A DNA stretch of 53,148 nucleotides, filler included, from Jimgerdemannia flammicorona (Eukaryota): assembly GCA_003990765.1 (NCBI GenBank). It is 2 parts of 2 records of this genome, joined end to end, with 100 filler letters (N's around TTAATTAATTAA, not from the genome) between each part and the next. Parts side by side here need not be neighbours in the genome. Positions count along the whole stretch, not along the records: positions 1 to 26,526 come from RBNJ01000720.1; 1 more part is not named here. One strand, given 5' to 3'. The notes under the pieces are model-generated. The model was not told the DNA's origin and did not search any database. It saw nothing but the letters and a program-made list of their open reading frames with translations. Below are positions 12,248 to 22,967 of the stretch, in pieces. Each line of letters begins with the position of its first letter. Position 1 is the first letter of the stretch. Both the position numbers and the translations under genes were made by a program.

Positions 12248-13844
12248 CAGTAAGGGACAAAAGTGATCAAATGTTATTTTATTATTATTATTTTATTTTA
12301 TTGTAGCTTAAATATGAGTTCTATTAAATTCATATTATAACCAATAATTTAGTAACTCTAGAGCTTCCAAAAAATATTAGTTTTAATTTATTTTATTAAT
12401 CTTAAATAAAAGTTTATGACATTTAAAGTAGGATTACTGATTTGATCACTTTTGTCCCCCACCCTTATTTGGACTATCTTCAGGCAGTTATTTCAGATAT
12501 AATTATCCTATTACTATAGAATTTTTCTCTATTATTCTTATCAATATACTCTATCAATTTCAATCTTCAAAATATTTTAAAAATAATGAGAAGGCTCCCC
12601 ATTGATATTTATAACTACATAATTAACGTATTATATTCTGGCATATCTATATACAAGGTTTCCAAGGAGATGGATGTTAGTTATAGATGTATGGCATAAA
12701 TAAGAAAGGAGGATTGTACCGACATCATCATTGAATCAAAAAACAGCCACCCATATATACTTATCACTTTCATTATAAGTAGTTTGCCAAATTACCTCTG
12801 GTAAGGCTGAAACTATCTTCAAGGTTGTCAAACTGATGAAAGAAGTTGGGAAAACCATCAGCACTAAGACTATATATAGAATGCTGAAAAAAGTGAGTAT
12901 GAAAGCCATCATCAAGCAAAAAAAACTGAGATTGCTCACATACCATAAGAAGGCTCAGTACAAATTTGCCCAAAAATATAAGAATTGGACAGTCAATGAT
13001 TAGAAACATGTCATTTTCTCAGATGAGACCAAGATCAACCACTTTGGCTCTGATGGATGCCTATGGGTGTGGAAGAAATCCAGACCTGGTACACTACTTG
13101 AAGACTGCCATGTGACTAGTACCACTAAATTCAGAGACAGTTCAGTGATGATTTGAGGCTATATGTTATTTACCAGTATTGGATATATATGAAAAATAAA
13201 TAGTAGAATGGACAGCAAACTCTACAAAAGTATCCGTGATGATAAATTGAAGAAATCCATCAAATATTTTAAGATATAGCTGAAAAAAAATTTATTCCAG
13301 CAAGATAATGATTCAAAGTATATGTTCAGTTTGGCATAGAAATGATTCAAAAGCCATTCAATCTACTTGTTAGACTGGCTGGCACAATCACCTGACCTAA
13401 ATCCTATAGAATATCTGTAGTGGTATATTAAAAGGAGGCTCAATATATATGAGGAAGCACTAAAGGGAATGCAGGTGCTTTGGGAGTGGGTGGAAGATGA
13501 GTAGAATGAGGTTCCTGATAATGTTTGTGCTGGATTGGTAGAGAGTATGCTGAGATATATTGCAGCAGTATTCAAAGCTAAGGGTGGTTATGTAAAATAT
13601 TAAAGTTATCAATAAAATAGATATGATAATGCATCAAGGACAAAAGTGATCAAATTAGTGATCCTACTTTAAATGCTATAAACTTTTATTTATAATTAAT
13701 AAAATAAATTAAAACTAATATTTTTTGGAAGCTCTAGGGTTACTAAATTATTGGTTATAATATGAATTTAATAGAACTCATATTTAAGCTATAATAAAAT
13801 GAAATAATAATAAGATAACATTTGATCACTTTTGTCCCTCACTA
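12248..13844 (+). mobile_element. Tc1/mariner (Tc1, DD34E-type) DNA transposon, degenerate
   Basis: ~210-bp TIRs starting CAGTAAGGGACAAAAGTGATCAAAT; TA duplications at 12246-12247 and 13845-13846; transposase remnant inside. Confidence 0.95.
12586..13603 (+). pseudogene. Tc1 transposase with stops and frameshifts
   Basis: Motifs VIFSDETKIN, FQQDND, DWLAQSPDLNPIE and terminal AKGGYVKY*. Confidence 0.93.
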
Positions 13845-15719
13845 TATAGCTGATGCAATTGTCAAGAAGAATAGAGATACTAAAGCAAAGCAAGTATTAT
13901 ATCACTCATTCAAATCAGAGATATTATATATATACTATATATGACTGATAAATATTAATATAGTAGAAGCAATACTAGATAATAATATCTTAGCACAATA
14001 TTAAGATAATGTGATTACATTTAGACCTCTACTATTATAGATCCCAATACTATGAATCAATCCAAACTAACTTAACAGAGACTTCAGGACATAGATACTG
14101 ATATTATTAAATAGAGAGTAGATGCAAATATATTAAAAAAGAAACTAAATCTAAATAGAATACAAAAATGGCACTATCTAATAAGATTTTATTTTACAAA
14201 GCATTTAATACATCAGTATCTCCTAATATATATATATACTTATTTTATTTATTAAATCAGAAAAACATCTGATTTACTCAAACAATACAAAAAATTATTA
14301 TGGTTTATAAAAGTATATACTCAAACTCAAATGTTATGAGATATCTAATTTAATAACTACTGTAGAGCTTGAGCAACAAGCTAAGATAATTTAAATAGAA
14401 ACTGAACTGATCTATATTGATGTATCATCTACTAAGATTAATGATATTATTCAATCAGTTTCTGATATACAAAAAAGACAGGCCTTAGTCAGATATGCTA
14501 TAACTTGTTTGATAGAAATATAAAGAACCTATATATTATATTCTAATTTAAACTGCTATTATATAATATATATCTATAGATATTCTTGTACTAAACCTAG
14601 AGGGTATATTTCAACAGTAGTAACAGAAGATATCAAAAACACTATATAGACAAAAGATGATGACAAAATATTATAGAAGATATATATACTATATAGCTAT
14701 TAGTAAGAGAAGATAGCATCAATGATTCCAGGAAAAGAGAGTTATAACTATCAATATAGATGAGATAATATATTAGTTTTATTTATTAATAAGACATAAT
14801 AGATATTTGATAAAGATATACTATTATATCAATATTACTATAAACATAGATATAGTTAGATAACAATTTCAGCTAATATCTCTAATAGAACTCCAGATAT
14901 ATAGTATAGATAAATAACAGTACTCTTAAAAAGAAATCATATTATAGCAGAAACAAAATACAAGTAAATGTCTATATAACAGTATTATAAAAAATAATAG
15001 TCTACTATATACAATAATCTCTTCTCTATACTTATTTATAAATATATATTATTTAAAATATTAGACAAATTCACTATATTATAATACTTATTATATTCTA
15101 GATATATCTGTGTGATACTAGTATATATGAGTTATATTTCTTTACTATTTTATATAAGTATACTCACTCTATTAAAGTTAGGACCATAGTGTCAAATATA
15201 GCAAAATATTGTATTATAATAGTTATTTAGATATACTAAAATATATAGTATATTGTATAATACTAAAATTACTATGTTATATAATTAATTATATATAATA
15301 ATGATATTGATGATTATATTCATCAGTATTTAGATCTGTGAATACTCTCAGTATACTACTTGATGACTCAGAGTAGCTTATACCCTCTAGATTATCTAGT
15401 TGATTTTCTATATATTTTAGCTGAATTAAAATTCTTACCATGCTGAAATTCATAGATCTCAAAGTTATAGTGATTTGTATTTTGAATATATTTATATTAT
15501 CATAAATTAGATCTACCTCTATATCTGTATAGTGATATTTAGAGGTTGTGTATTCCAGGGCTCATATTAGACTTATTGATACTCTTCAATTCTTACATTT
15601 CATCAGCTATATACTGTAGTTGGTTTTTGTTTAAATCTTGGTCTATAAATATATATTATAACAGTGATCCCAGAATAATAATATCAATACAGGAGACAGT
15701 CTTTCCTTACAAGCCACCA

Positions 15720-16406
15720 GATTGAAGCACAAGAAGATTATATGGCATATGAGATGAGCAATAATGACCAACTGTAAGTCATTGTAACCACAGTATGGTA
15801 TCTTGAGGAATATAAAAGAAGGATCAAGAAACTGTAGTAGCAGCAACCAACAAGACCCACCAATCCCAAAATAGCTCAAAGACTTACCATAAATAAAATA
15901 CCTGCTGTCTACCAAATCTCAAGGTCAAGGAACCACCAAGGCATCTCAGTTGAAGAAAGGATGTTCCAAGACATCAGAAGAGCCATGAGGACCCACTCAA
16001 GAAGGACTCCTAGTGTCAACCTGGGTACTGGTGACCCTTATCACTATATTCTCTACTGCTATGAAATGGAAAGAAGGATCACCATTGCTACCAAATATCC
16101 CCAAATGTGGCGAAGTATGAAATAGGAAACCTCCTCTGTCAAGAGTTCCCACAGGCCAGCCCTCAAGAGCTACAAGATACTACTCCCATAGATAAATATA
16201 AGACAAGAATAGCTAAGAAGATCCATCAGATCTTCAGGTATGTACCATGGTTGATCCCCAACTTGGAGTATATTAAAGTCTCAGATTTCAGAGACCTGTC
16301 ATTCCACTATATCAATATACTAGAAACCAAGGTGGCTACAGAAGCCCAGTCCACCATTACCCTCAATAGTGATGAAGTAGAAGACTTCTGGTATCTCATC
16401 CTTTAG
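15720..16406 (+). pseudogene. Degenerate ORF, probably a retroelement remnant resembling the Ty3 accessory 3' ORF
   Basis: CpG-depleted, coding-like stretch with stops and a frameshift. KYEIGNLL...KTRIAKKIHQIF...IKVSDFRDLS aligns by eye with YYAISEQL...DTTAADRLYTIY...FSLNDIQGMN of 2896-3411. Confidence 0.4.
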
Positions 16407-16596
16407 GACAACTCAGACCAATTCCTGTAAGAATTGATCTCAGTATTTTAAGGCCCAAGCATTCAGGTTAGACCTCCCCAAGACTCTACATTTGTTCTCT
16501 ATTTTGTGGAAGAGAATCTCATAGACTAGAGAGCTCCAGATCTTCTTGTTCTCCATTTCCCCACCACCAAACATAATGACATCGAAGTATGCGAAA

Positions 16597-16665
16597 TTTT
16601 TTTTATTTTATTTTTTTTTTTATTTTTATTTTTATTTTTATTTTTATTTTTTTTTATTTTTTTTT
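16597..16665 (-). repeat. A-rich T(A)n tail at the terminus of the Penelope-like array
   Basis: Runs of 4-11 A separated by single T on the minus strand, abutting element sequence ...CTCGTTTTATAAT at 16666. Confidence 0.75.
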
Positions 16666-17395
16666 ATTATAAAACGAGTAGATAATAGTGGAAGAGTTTA
16701 GAGCAAGATGTGATACTGTTACGGCAGATATGAAGGTTGGCGGTAAAAGGTCAAATAGTTATAAAAAGCTTATGTGAATTTTTACAACGGAACAAAAGTG
16801 AGCAGAATAAAGTGTTTTCCGAAGCAAGGTGCAATAGATCTGCAACCCGCTCATGGCACCGCAATTTACGATGGTCTTTATTCAAAAATAAAAACAAAGT
16901 TCGGATAAACAAAGACATGAATCTAACCCCGGAATTTCAGAATCAGACAGGTACATAAGTACCCGGACCTTGCCCCGATCCAAACAAAGGTCTGAATCGG
17001 GCTTTGTTGATCTACACATGTGACGGGCTATTAAAAACCCGATATAGTAACAATTGGGAAAAGGTACCGGTCACATGATCTAGTGTTACACAAACAGTAA
17101 ACAATGCCAAAAACGGAACTAGACCAATGACACGTCACGTGTTGTCATGTGATTGTCACTTATAGGTTTAAAAACCTAAAAATCGTCGGCACCCAAAGGC
17201 GCAGGCATCAGGCCTAGAGCCTCATGATCGGAGCAGAGTAGAGCCTCGGCACCGGAGCGAGCGAAGTGAGCGGAGGTAGACAGGCATCACGGAGTGTAGG
17301 TATGCAGGCGTCAGGCCTAGAGCCTCGCGCCAGAGGTTGTCCGGTGATTTTTTGCATTTTTAAACATTGTACGGCACGTACAAGTGGTGCGGCCT

Positions 17396-19408
17396 TCAAG
17401 GAGGACTTATAGCAAAGCTGGTGTTTGAGACGGCGTTAAGAATGGTTAAACCATTCTTCCGGGCGACGATGGGTCGTCGGGTGGTCGCAGGGAAACCAAA
17501 ACGAAGCAAAGCAGTACGTAGAGTCTTGTCGGGCTGTTGATGTAGCCATCGGGCCATGTCGTATTGGATGACAAGTAGCGGGGGAGGAAAAGCGGAGTGG
17601 GGGATGGGGGGGTGGGAAATAAGGGGAGGAGTGAGAAGTGAAGTTCGGACCTCAAGCCAATCAACCAAACTCAATTGAGCGGTTACAACATCAACAGGGT
17701 ATCCTTTCCTGTGAACCAGGAACTCGGCCAAAGACTGACACTCATCAAGCCAATCATGGCGCGATGAGCAGAGTAGCGATAGGCGGCGGGCTTCATTCAC
17801 AATGCATAGATGGAGCGTCTTCCTAGGATGATTGCTCAACCAGTCGACAAACTGCGTACTATGTGGGAATTTTGCAAAGCGGCCTGTGTGGAATAGTGCG
17901 ACTTGGATTTCCAGGTCTAAGTAATGGCACGGTCCGGTGGACAAGACTTCCCATTCGATACGATGGTGCAGAGGGTACACGGCAGCAAAGATCGAGGCCA
18001 AGTCCATGATCGCGGGCACAAAGACAATAAGATCATCAATGTACCGGTGGAACTTTAGCCCGGCAGCGATGGCTTGGCTAAGCAGATGATCGGGCGTTTG
18101 CAAGGCATGCAACTCATGAGCAAAACCAACAAGATTGGCAAGATCCGGAGCACAATTGGTGCCTATAGCAATACCAGTCACAGAGCAGAAGGAACCGATG
18201 GCAGATGTAAACGTCGTATGAGTCATGACTATGCGGACAAGGCCGAGAATGGCTTCAAGCGGCAAAGAGCCAGGGGGGAAGGCCACCGTTGACAAAAAGG
18301 TGAGGCAGTCGATGCATTCATCTAATGTGATCCTGGTGTAGAAGGCGGCGAAATCTCCAGTAGTGACGTATAAACAATCTGACACATCAAGGTAATCTGA
18401 ATGAACCAATTGAAGCAGTTCGAGTGTATCACGTAGAGGTGAATAATGAGAGTAACCCACATTAAGGCGCAGATGGGCCGACCACAGATGGAGAAAGTGA
18501 GATAGGAAACGCGAAATCTCGGTCATGGGAGAGTTAAACGCACCAACGATAGGGCGCCATGCCATGCGAGCCCCTTTGTATACCTTGGGCATAGCGTGAA
18601 ACATGGGTAGCTTACAATCGATGGGCTCCATGAGGTGTTCCCAAATCGGCATACAATTATGATCACCAATGCAGAACTTGAGTAGACTAAGAAGGTCTAG
18701 CCTCACTGATTCCTTAATGTTATCAATTGTAGAGGGATCATTCACATATGCAGGATCGTGAAGGAGAGACCAAAGACCGTCAAGATATAGAGCACGCGGT
18801 ATAACAGCGAACCCCAGATTCTTATCGGTAAGACAGACAGTGAAGTCATCATGAGTATGGACGCCTTTAAGAAGGCGGTGGAACTTCTTCGATACAAGCA
18901 CGCCGGACACATTCGTCATGGGTCAGACAGCTTGATTTAAAGCGGCACTCATATAGAGCATAATTTGCATATTTTCCATACAGTGTGGCGGTCGCCATTT
19001 TGATGGCACCCAGGCGGAGATCTCCGGGATGTCGTCAGGATTACCCATAGAGGTCCAGAAGGTAGCAAGGTCGAGACGCCGTTGGAATGATGACAACGAA
19101 ATTGGGTTGATGGTACTGTTCATCGATGCTGACCCGGGGAGAATGAACTTAGGGCCAAAGTTCAGCATATACGTGAGCTCGGGGGTAAGCCAAGGCAGAG
19201 GTATATTGGTAACAAAGCCCTCCTCGGTAAACATCCGAAACCGAGGGACGAAAAACTGACTTAAGCGAGAACCGGGAAGAGAAGACATGAAGGCAAAATC
19301 CTCAATTGGTGTCGAGGCCGCTACCCCACGTGGAATGGGGACATCGGGGCCAAACCACGCTACTGGGAAGTCGTATAAGACTTCCAGGCTGGGGACCTCT
19401 AGTTTTTT
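17396..19408 (-). pseudogene. Penelope-like reverse transcriptase (one internal stop at 18923-18925), no GIY-YIG domain
   Basis: PLE RT motifs LNFGPKF, TDKNLG, HAMPKVYK, RPIV, TGDFAAFYTRI, GIAIGTNCAPDLANL, RYIDD, YLDL, SNHP, RPIVARKN; the frame ends shortly after the last of these. Confidence 0.92.
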
Positions 19409-20559
19409 TATGCTAGAGGGCAGGTATCGCTGGCATTATGCCAGACGACATAATGTTTAGCGGCAGTATACTTGTTGCACTGCAGCACAAACGCCCTGGT
19501 GGCACTCTTAGATGAGTGGCTCGAAGTCGACGAGCAGCTGGTCCCGGTAGAAGCGGGGGAAACAGATGGGGAAGGTGAAGCCTTACGTGCTCGCTTGACC
19601 CCTTTTACAGAACCCTCCGTCAAAGCGGGGGCTAGGGGGCAAGGACCCCGGTGGGCCTTTGTAGGCACACCAAGACATCTAGAACAACTACAGCAGTTCG
19701 GCGCAATGGAGGCTGAGGTCACCTTCACCTCCTTCACCTTTCCCGCAGCCTCTGCAGACACGGCGGTAGAGGGTAGGGGAGTGGGGACGCTCTTTTTCGG
19801 TCGGGCGGAACCAGTAGCAGCAGAAGCAAATGTGCATTTCGCATCCGGAGTAACGATCTCGGGGCGCTTCCCAAGCTCCTCAACTACGGCTTTGCGGGCG
19901 GCGGCGGAAATCCCATCTTGCAGGGAGGAGGACGCAGGGGCTGTCGGGCGGACAGTGGTGGCAGCAGCTTTGGCAGCAGCGGCAGCGGCAAGACGGTGAG
20001 ACTGACGCATGACAACGTCAAAACCACAGAACAAGAACAAGTTTGTCTTGGCCCGGTCGGTGGCAGCAAGGGTAGCAATATTCTTAGCAACCCCTAGAGT
20101 GATATCGACTGATACACCAAAAAATTGATGGGCATCGGAAGAACCACCCATGGCCTTGTCGATTTTAGCATACTGGTCCTTAGCATGCTGGGCGGTAGCT
20201 TCTTGATCAGAAACGGCAGCCTCAATCACGGCAGTGGCATGGCGCTTAGCTTCTGCCGAAGCAGTAGCAAGGGCGATGTCACACTGCTCCTCAGGTAGGA
20301 GGGCGATAGTAGCAGCTACCTTCTTGGAAGGAGTAAACCTCCAATCGGCAACTTGGGCCCGAAGGAAATCGGCATGGCGTTCTTTTGTGGTGGCGACCTC
20401 AAGGGCAGAGAGCACTTCGGTGCAAGCAGCACAGAAGTAGAGAGGGACCTCGGCAGATGTGGCAGCAATATAGGCTGCAAGGTTGTCGAACTCCGCCAAA
20501 TCGGTGAAGGAAGCTTTGGGGATGGCAGCATCGCCATCTACATTCATATTATCTGTCAT
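19408..20559 (-). CDS. PLE ORF1 (Ala-rich helical N-terminus, Pro/Ser/Lys-rich linker, two Cys/His motifs)
   Basis: 383-aa ORF; homologous copies at 21774-22934 and from 25664. Confidence 0.85.
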   Translation of the reverse strand: MTDNMNVDGDAAIPKASFTDLAEFDNLAAYIAATSAEVPLYFCAACTEVLSALEVATTKERHADFLRAQVADWRFTPSKKVAATIALLPEEQCDIALATASAEAKRHATAVIEAAVSDQEATAQHAKDQYAKIDKAMGGSSDAHQFFGVSVDITLGVAKNIATLAATDRAKTNLFLFCGFDVVMRQSHRLAAAAAAKAAATTVRPTAPASSSLQDGISAAARKAVVEELGKRPEIVTPDAKCTFASAATGSARPKKSVPTPLPSTAVSAEAAGKVKEVKVTSASIAPNCCSCSRCLGVPTKAHRGPCPLAPALTEGSVKGVKRARKASPSPSVSPASTGTSCSSTSSHSSKSATRAFVLQCNKYTAAKHYVVWHNASDTCPLA

Positions 20560-21773
20560 GTTGTGTATTATAAAACAAGTAGATAATAGCAGAAGAGTTT
20601 AGAGCGAGATGTGATACTGTTATGGCAGATATGAAGATCGGCAGTAAAAGATCAAATAGTTATAAAAAGCTTATGTGAATTTTCACGACGGAACAAAAGT
20701 GAGCGGAATAAAGTGTTTTCTGAAGCAAGGTGCAATAGATCTGCAACCTGCTCACGGCACTGCAATTTGCAATAGTCTTTATTCAAAAATAAAAACAAAG
20801 TTCAGATAAACAAAGACACGGATCTAACCCCGGAATTCCGGAATCAGACAGATGCATAAGTACCCAGACCTTGCCCCGATCCAAACAAAGGTCTGAATCG
20901 GGCTTCATCGATCTACACACATGACGGGCCATTAAAAACCCGATATAGTAACAATTGGGAAAAGGTACCGGTCACATGATCTAGTGTTACACAAACAGTA
21001 AACAATGCCAAAAATGGAACTAGACCAATGACACATCACATGTTGTCACATGATTGTCACTTATAGGTTTAAAAACCTAAAAATCATTGGCACCTGAAGG
21101 CACAGGCGTCAGGCCTAGAGCCTCGCGACTGGAGTGGAGTAGAGCCTTGGCACCGGAGCAAGCGAAGTGAGCGGAGGTAGACAGGCATCACGGAGCATAG
21201 GTACACAGGTGTCAGGCCTAGAGCCTCACGCTGGAGGTTGTCCAGCGATTTTTCGTGTTTTTAAACCTATAAGTGACAATCACGTGACAACACGTGACGT
21301 GTCATTGGTCTAGTTCCGTTTTTGGCATTGTTTACTGTTTGTGTAACACTAGATCACGTGACCGGTACCTTTTCCTGATTGTTACTATATCGGGTTTTTA
21401 ATGGCCCGTCACATGTATAGATCGATGAAGCCCGATTCAGATCTTTGTTTGGATCGGGGCAAGGTCCGGGTACTTATGCACCAGTCCGATTCTGGAATTC
21501 CGGGGTTAGATCCGTGTCTTTGTTTATCTGAACTTTGTTTTTATTTTTGAATAAAGACCATCACAAATTGCGGTGCCATGAGCGGGTTGCAGATCTATTG
21601 CACCTTGCTTCGGAAAATACTTTATTCCGCTTGCTTTTGTTCCGTCGTGAAAATTCACATAAGCTTTTTATAACTATTTGACCTTTTACCGCCGACCTTC
21701 ATATCCGCCATAACAGTATCACATTTCGCTCTAAACTCTTCTACTATTATCTACTCGTTTTATAATACACAAC

Positions 21774-22934
21774 ATAACAGATAATATAAATGTAGATGGC
21801 GATACTGCCGTCCCCAAAGCTTCCTTCACCGATTTGGCGGAGTTTGACAACCTTATAGCCTATATTGCTGCCGCGTCTGCCGAGGTCCCTCTCTACTTCC
21901 GTGCTGCTTGCACCGGAGTGCTCTCTGCCCTTGAGGTCGCCGCTGCGAAAGAACGCCGTGCCGATTTCCTTTGGGCCCAAGTTGCTGATTGGAGGTTTAC
22001 TCCTTCCAAGAAGATAGCTGCTACCATCGCCCTCCTACCTGAGGAGCAGCGTGATGCCACCCTTGCTACTGCTTCAGCAGAAGCTAAGCACCGCACCACT
22101 GCCGCGATTGAGGCTGCCGTTTCTGATCAAGAAGCTGCCACCCAGCATGCTAAGGACTAGCGTGCTAAAATCGACAAGGCCATGGGTGGTTCTTTGGATG
22201 CCCATCAATTTTTTGGTGTATCGGTCGATATCACTTTAGGGGTTGCTAAGAATATCGCTACCCTTGCTGCCACCGACCAGGCCAAGACAAACTTGTTCTT
22301 GTTCCGTGGTTTTGACGTTATCATGCATCAGTCTCACCGTCTTGCCGCCGCCGCCACTGCCAAAGCCGCTGCCACCGCCGTCCGCCTGACAGCCCCTGCG
22401 TCCTCCTCCCTGTAAGATGGGATTTCCGCCGCTACCCACAAAGCCGTAGTTGAGGAGCTTGGGAAGCGCCCCGAGATCGTTACTCTGGGTGCGAAACACA
22501 CATTTGCTTCTGCTGCCGCTGGTTCCGCCCGACCAAAAAAGAGCATCCCCACCCCCCTACCCTCTACCGCCGCGCCTGCGGGGGCTGCGGGAAAGGTGAA
22601 GGAGGTGAAGGTGACCTTGGCCTCCATTGCGCCGAACTGCCATAGTTGTTCTGGACGTCTTGGTATGCCTACGAAGGCCCACTGGGGTCCTTGCCCCCTA
22701 GCCCCTGCTTTGACGGAGGGTTCTGTAAAAGGGGTCAAGTGAGCGCGTAAGGCTTCACCTTCCCTGTCCGTTTCCTCCGCTTCTACCGGGACCAGCCGCT
22801 CATCGACTTCGAGCTGCTCGTCTAAGAGCGCCACCAGGGCGTTTGTACCGCAGTGCAACAAGTGTACTGCCGCTAAACGTCATGTTGTCTGGTATAATGC
22901 CGGCGATGCCTGCCCTCTAGCATCAAAAAACTAG
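21774..22934 (+). pseudogene. PLE ORF1, copy 2
   Basis: In-frame fragments 21834-22160 and 22182-22415 match ORF 19408-20559; ends CPLASKN*. Confidence 0.85.
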
Positions 22935-22967
22935 AGGTCCCCAGCCCGGAAGTCTTATATGACTTCC
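22925..22967 (+). promoter_or_regulatory. Putative -1 programmed ribosomal frameshift signal (A_AAA_AAC plus downstream hairpin)
   Basis: TCA AAA AAC TAG ends ORF1; the RT is in the -1 frame and open from the heptamer; GGAAGTC-ttatat-GACTTCC stem at 22948-22967. Confidence 0.75.

Larger units (their letters stand above)
335..14200 (+). pseudogene. Degenerate intron-containing tyrosine recombinase of the DUF3435 (Starship captain / Crypton-like) type, interrupted by the Ty3 element (1432-11826) and the Tc1 element (12248-13844); 3' limit approximate
   Basis: Manual splicing: exon 335-626, intron 627-706 (GTATGT, TACTAAC, CAG), exons 707-816, 884-943, 1022-~1257. Motifs in order: AIHPELL at 1190-1210 (RPGSL after reversing transitions) then LKW; DIKL...VFYTVKRGK (~1331-1420); KPNLCLIIILII*AIQYSIF...IIE*APEMLNIVIF (~11935-12082); and, across the empty Tc1 site, YIFCQSIADAIVKKNRDTKAKQVLYHSFKSEILYIYY (TGC CAA AGT reverts to CGC CGA GGT = FRRG, then H and Y). 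Family assignment is from recalled motif order, not a search. Confidence 0.7.
16666..21266 (-). mobile_element. Penelope-like retroelement (endonuclease-less), minus-strand copy with terminal direct repeats (pseudo-LTRs ~20567-21266 and ~16666-17366)
   Basis: ORF1 + PLE-type RT flanked by ~700-bp direct repeats; inverted relative to the copy starting at 21257. Confidence 0.9.

Noticed and set aside
21418..21465. Hairpin CCCGATTCAGA...TTGGATCGGG preceded by CGATGAAG, considered as a hammerhead ribozyme
   Set aside because: It lacks the CUGANGA and GAAA core in all copies; a covariance-model search would be needed to claim any ribozyme.
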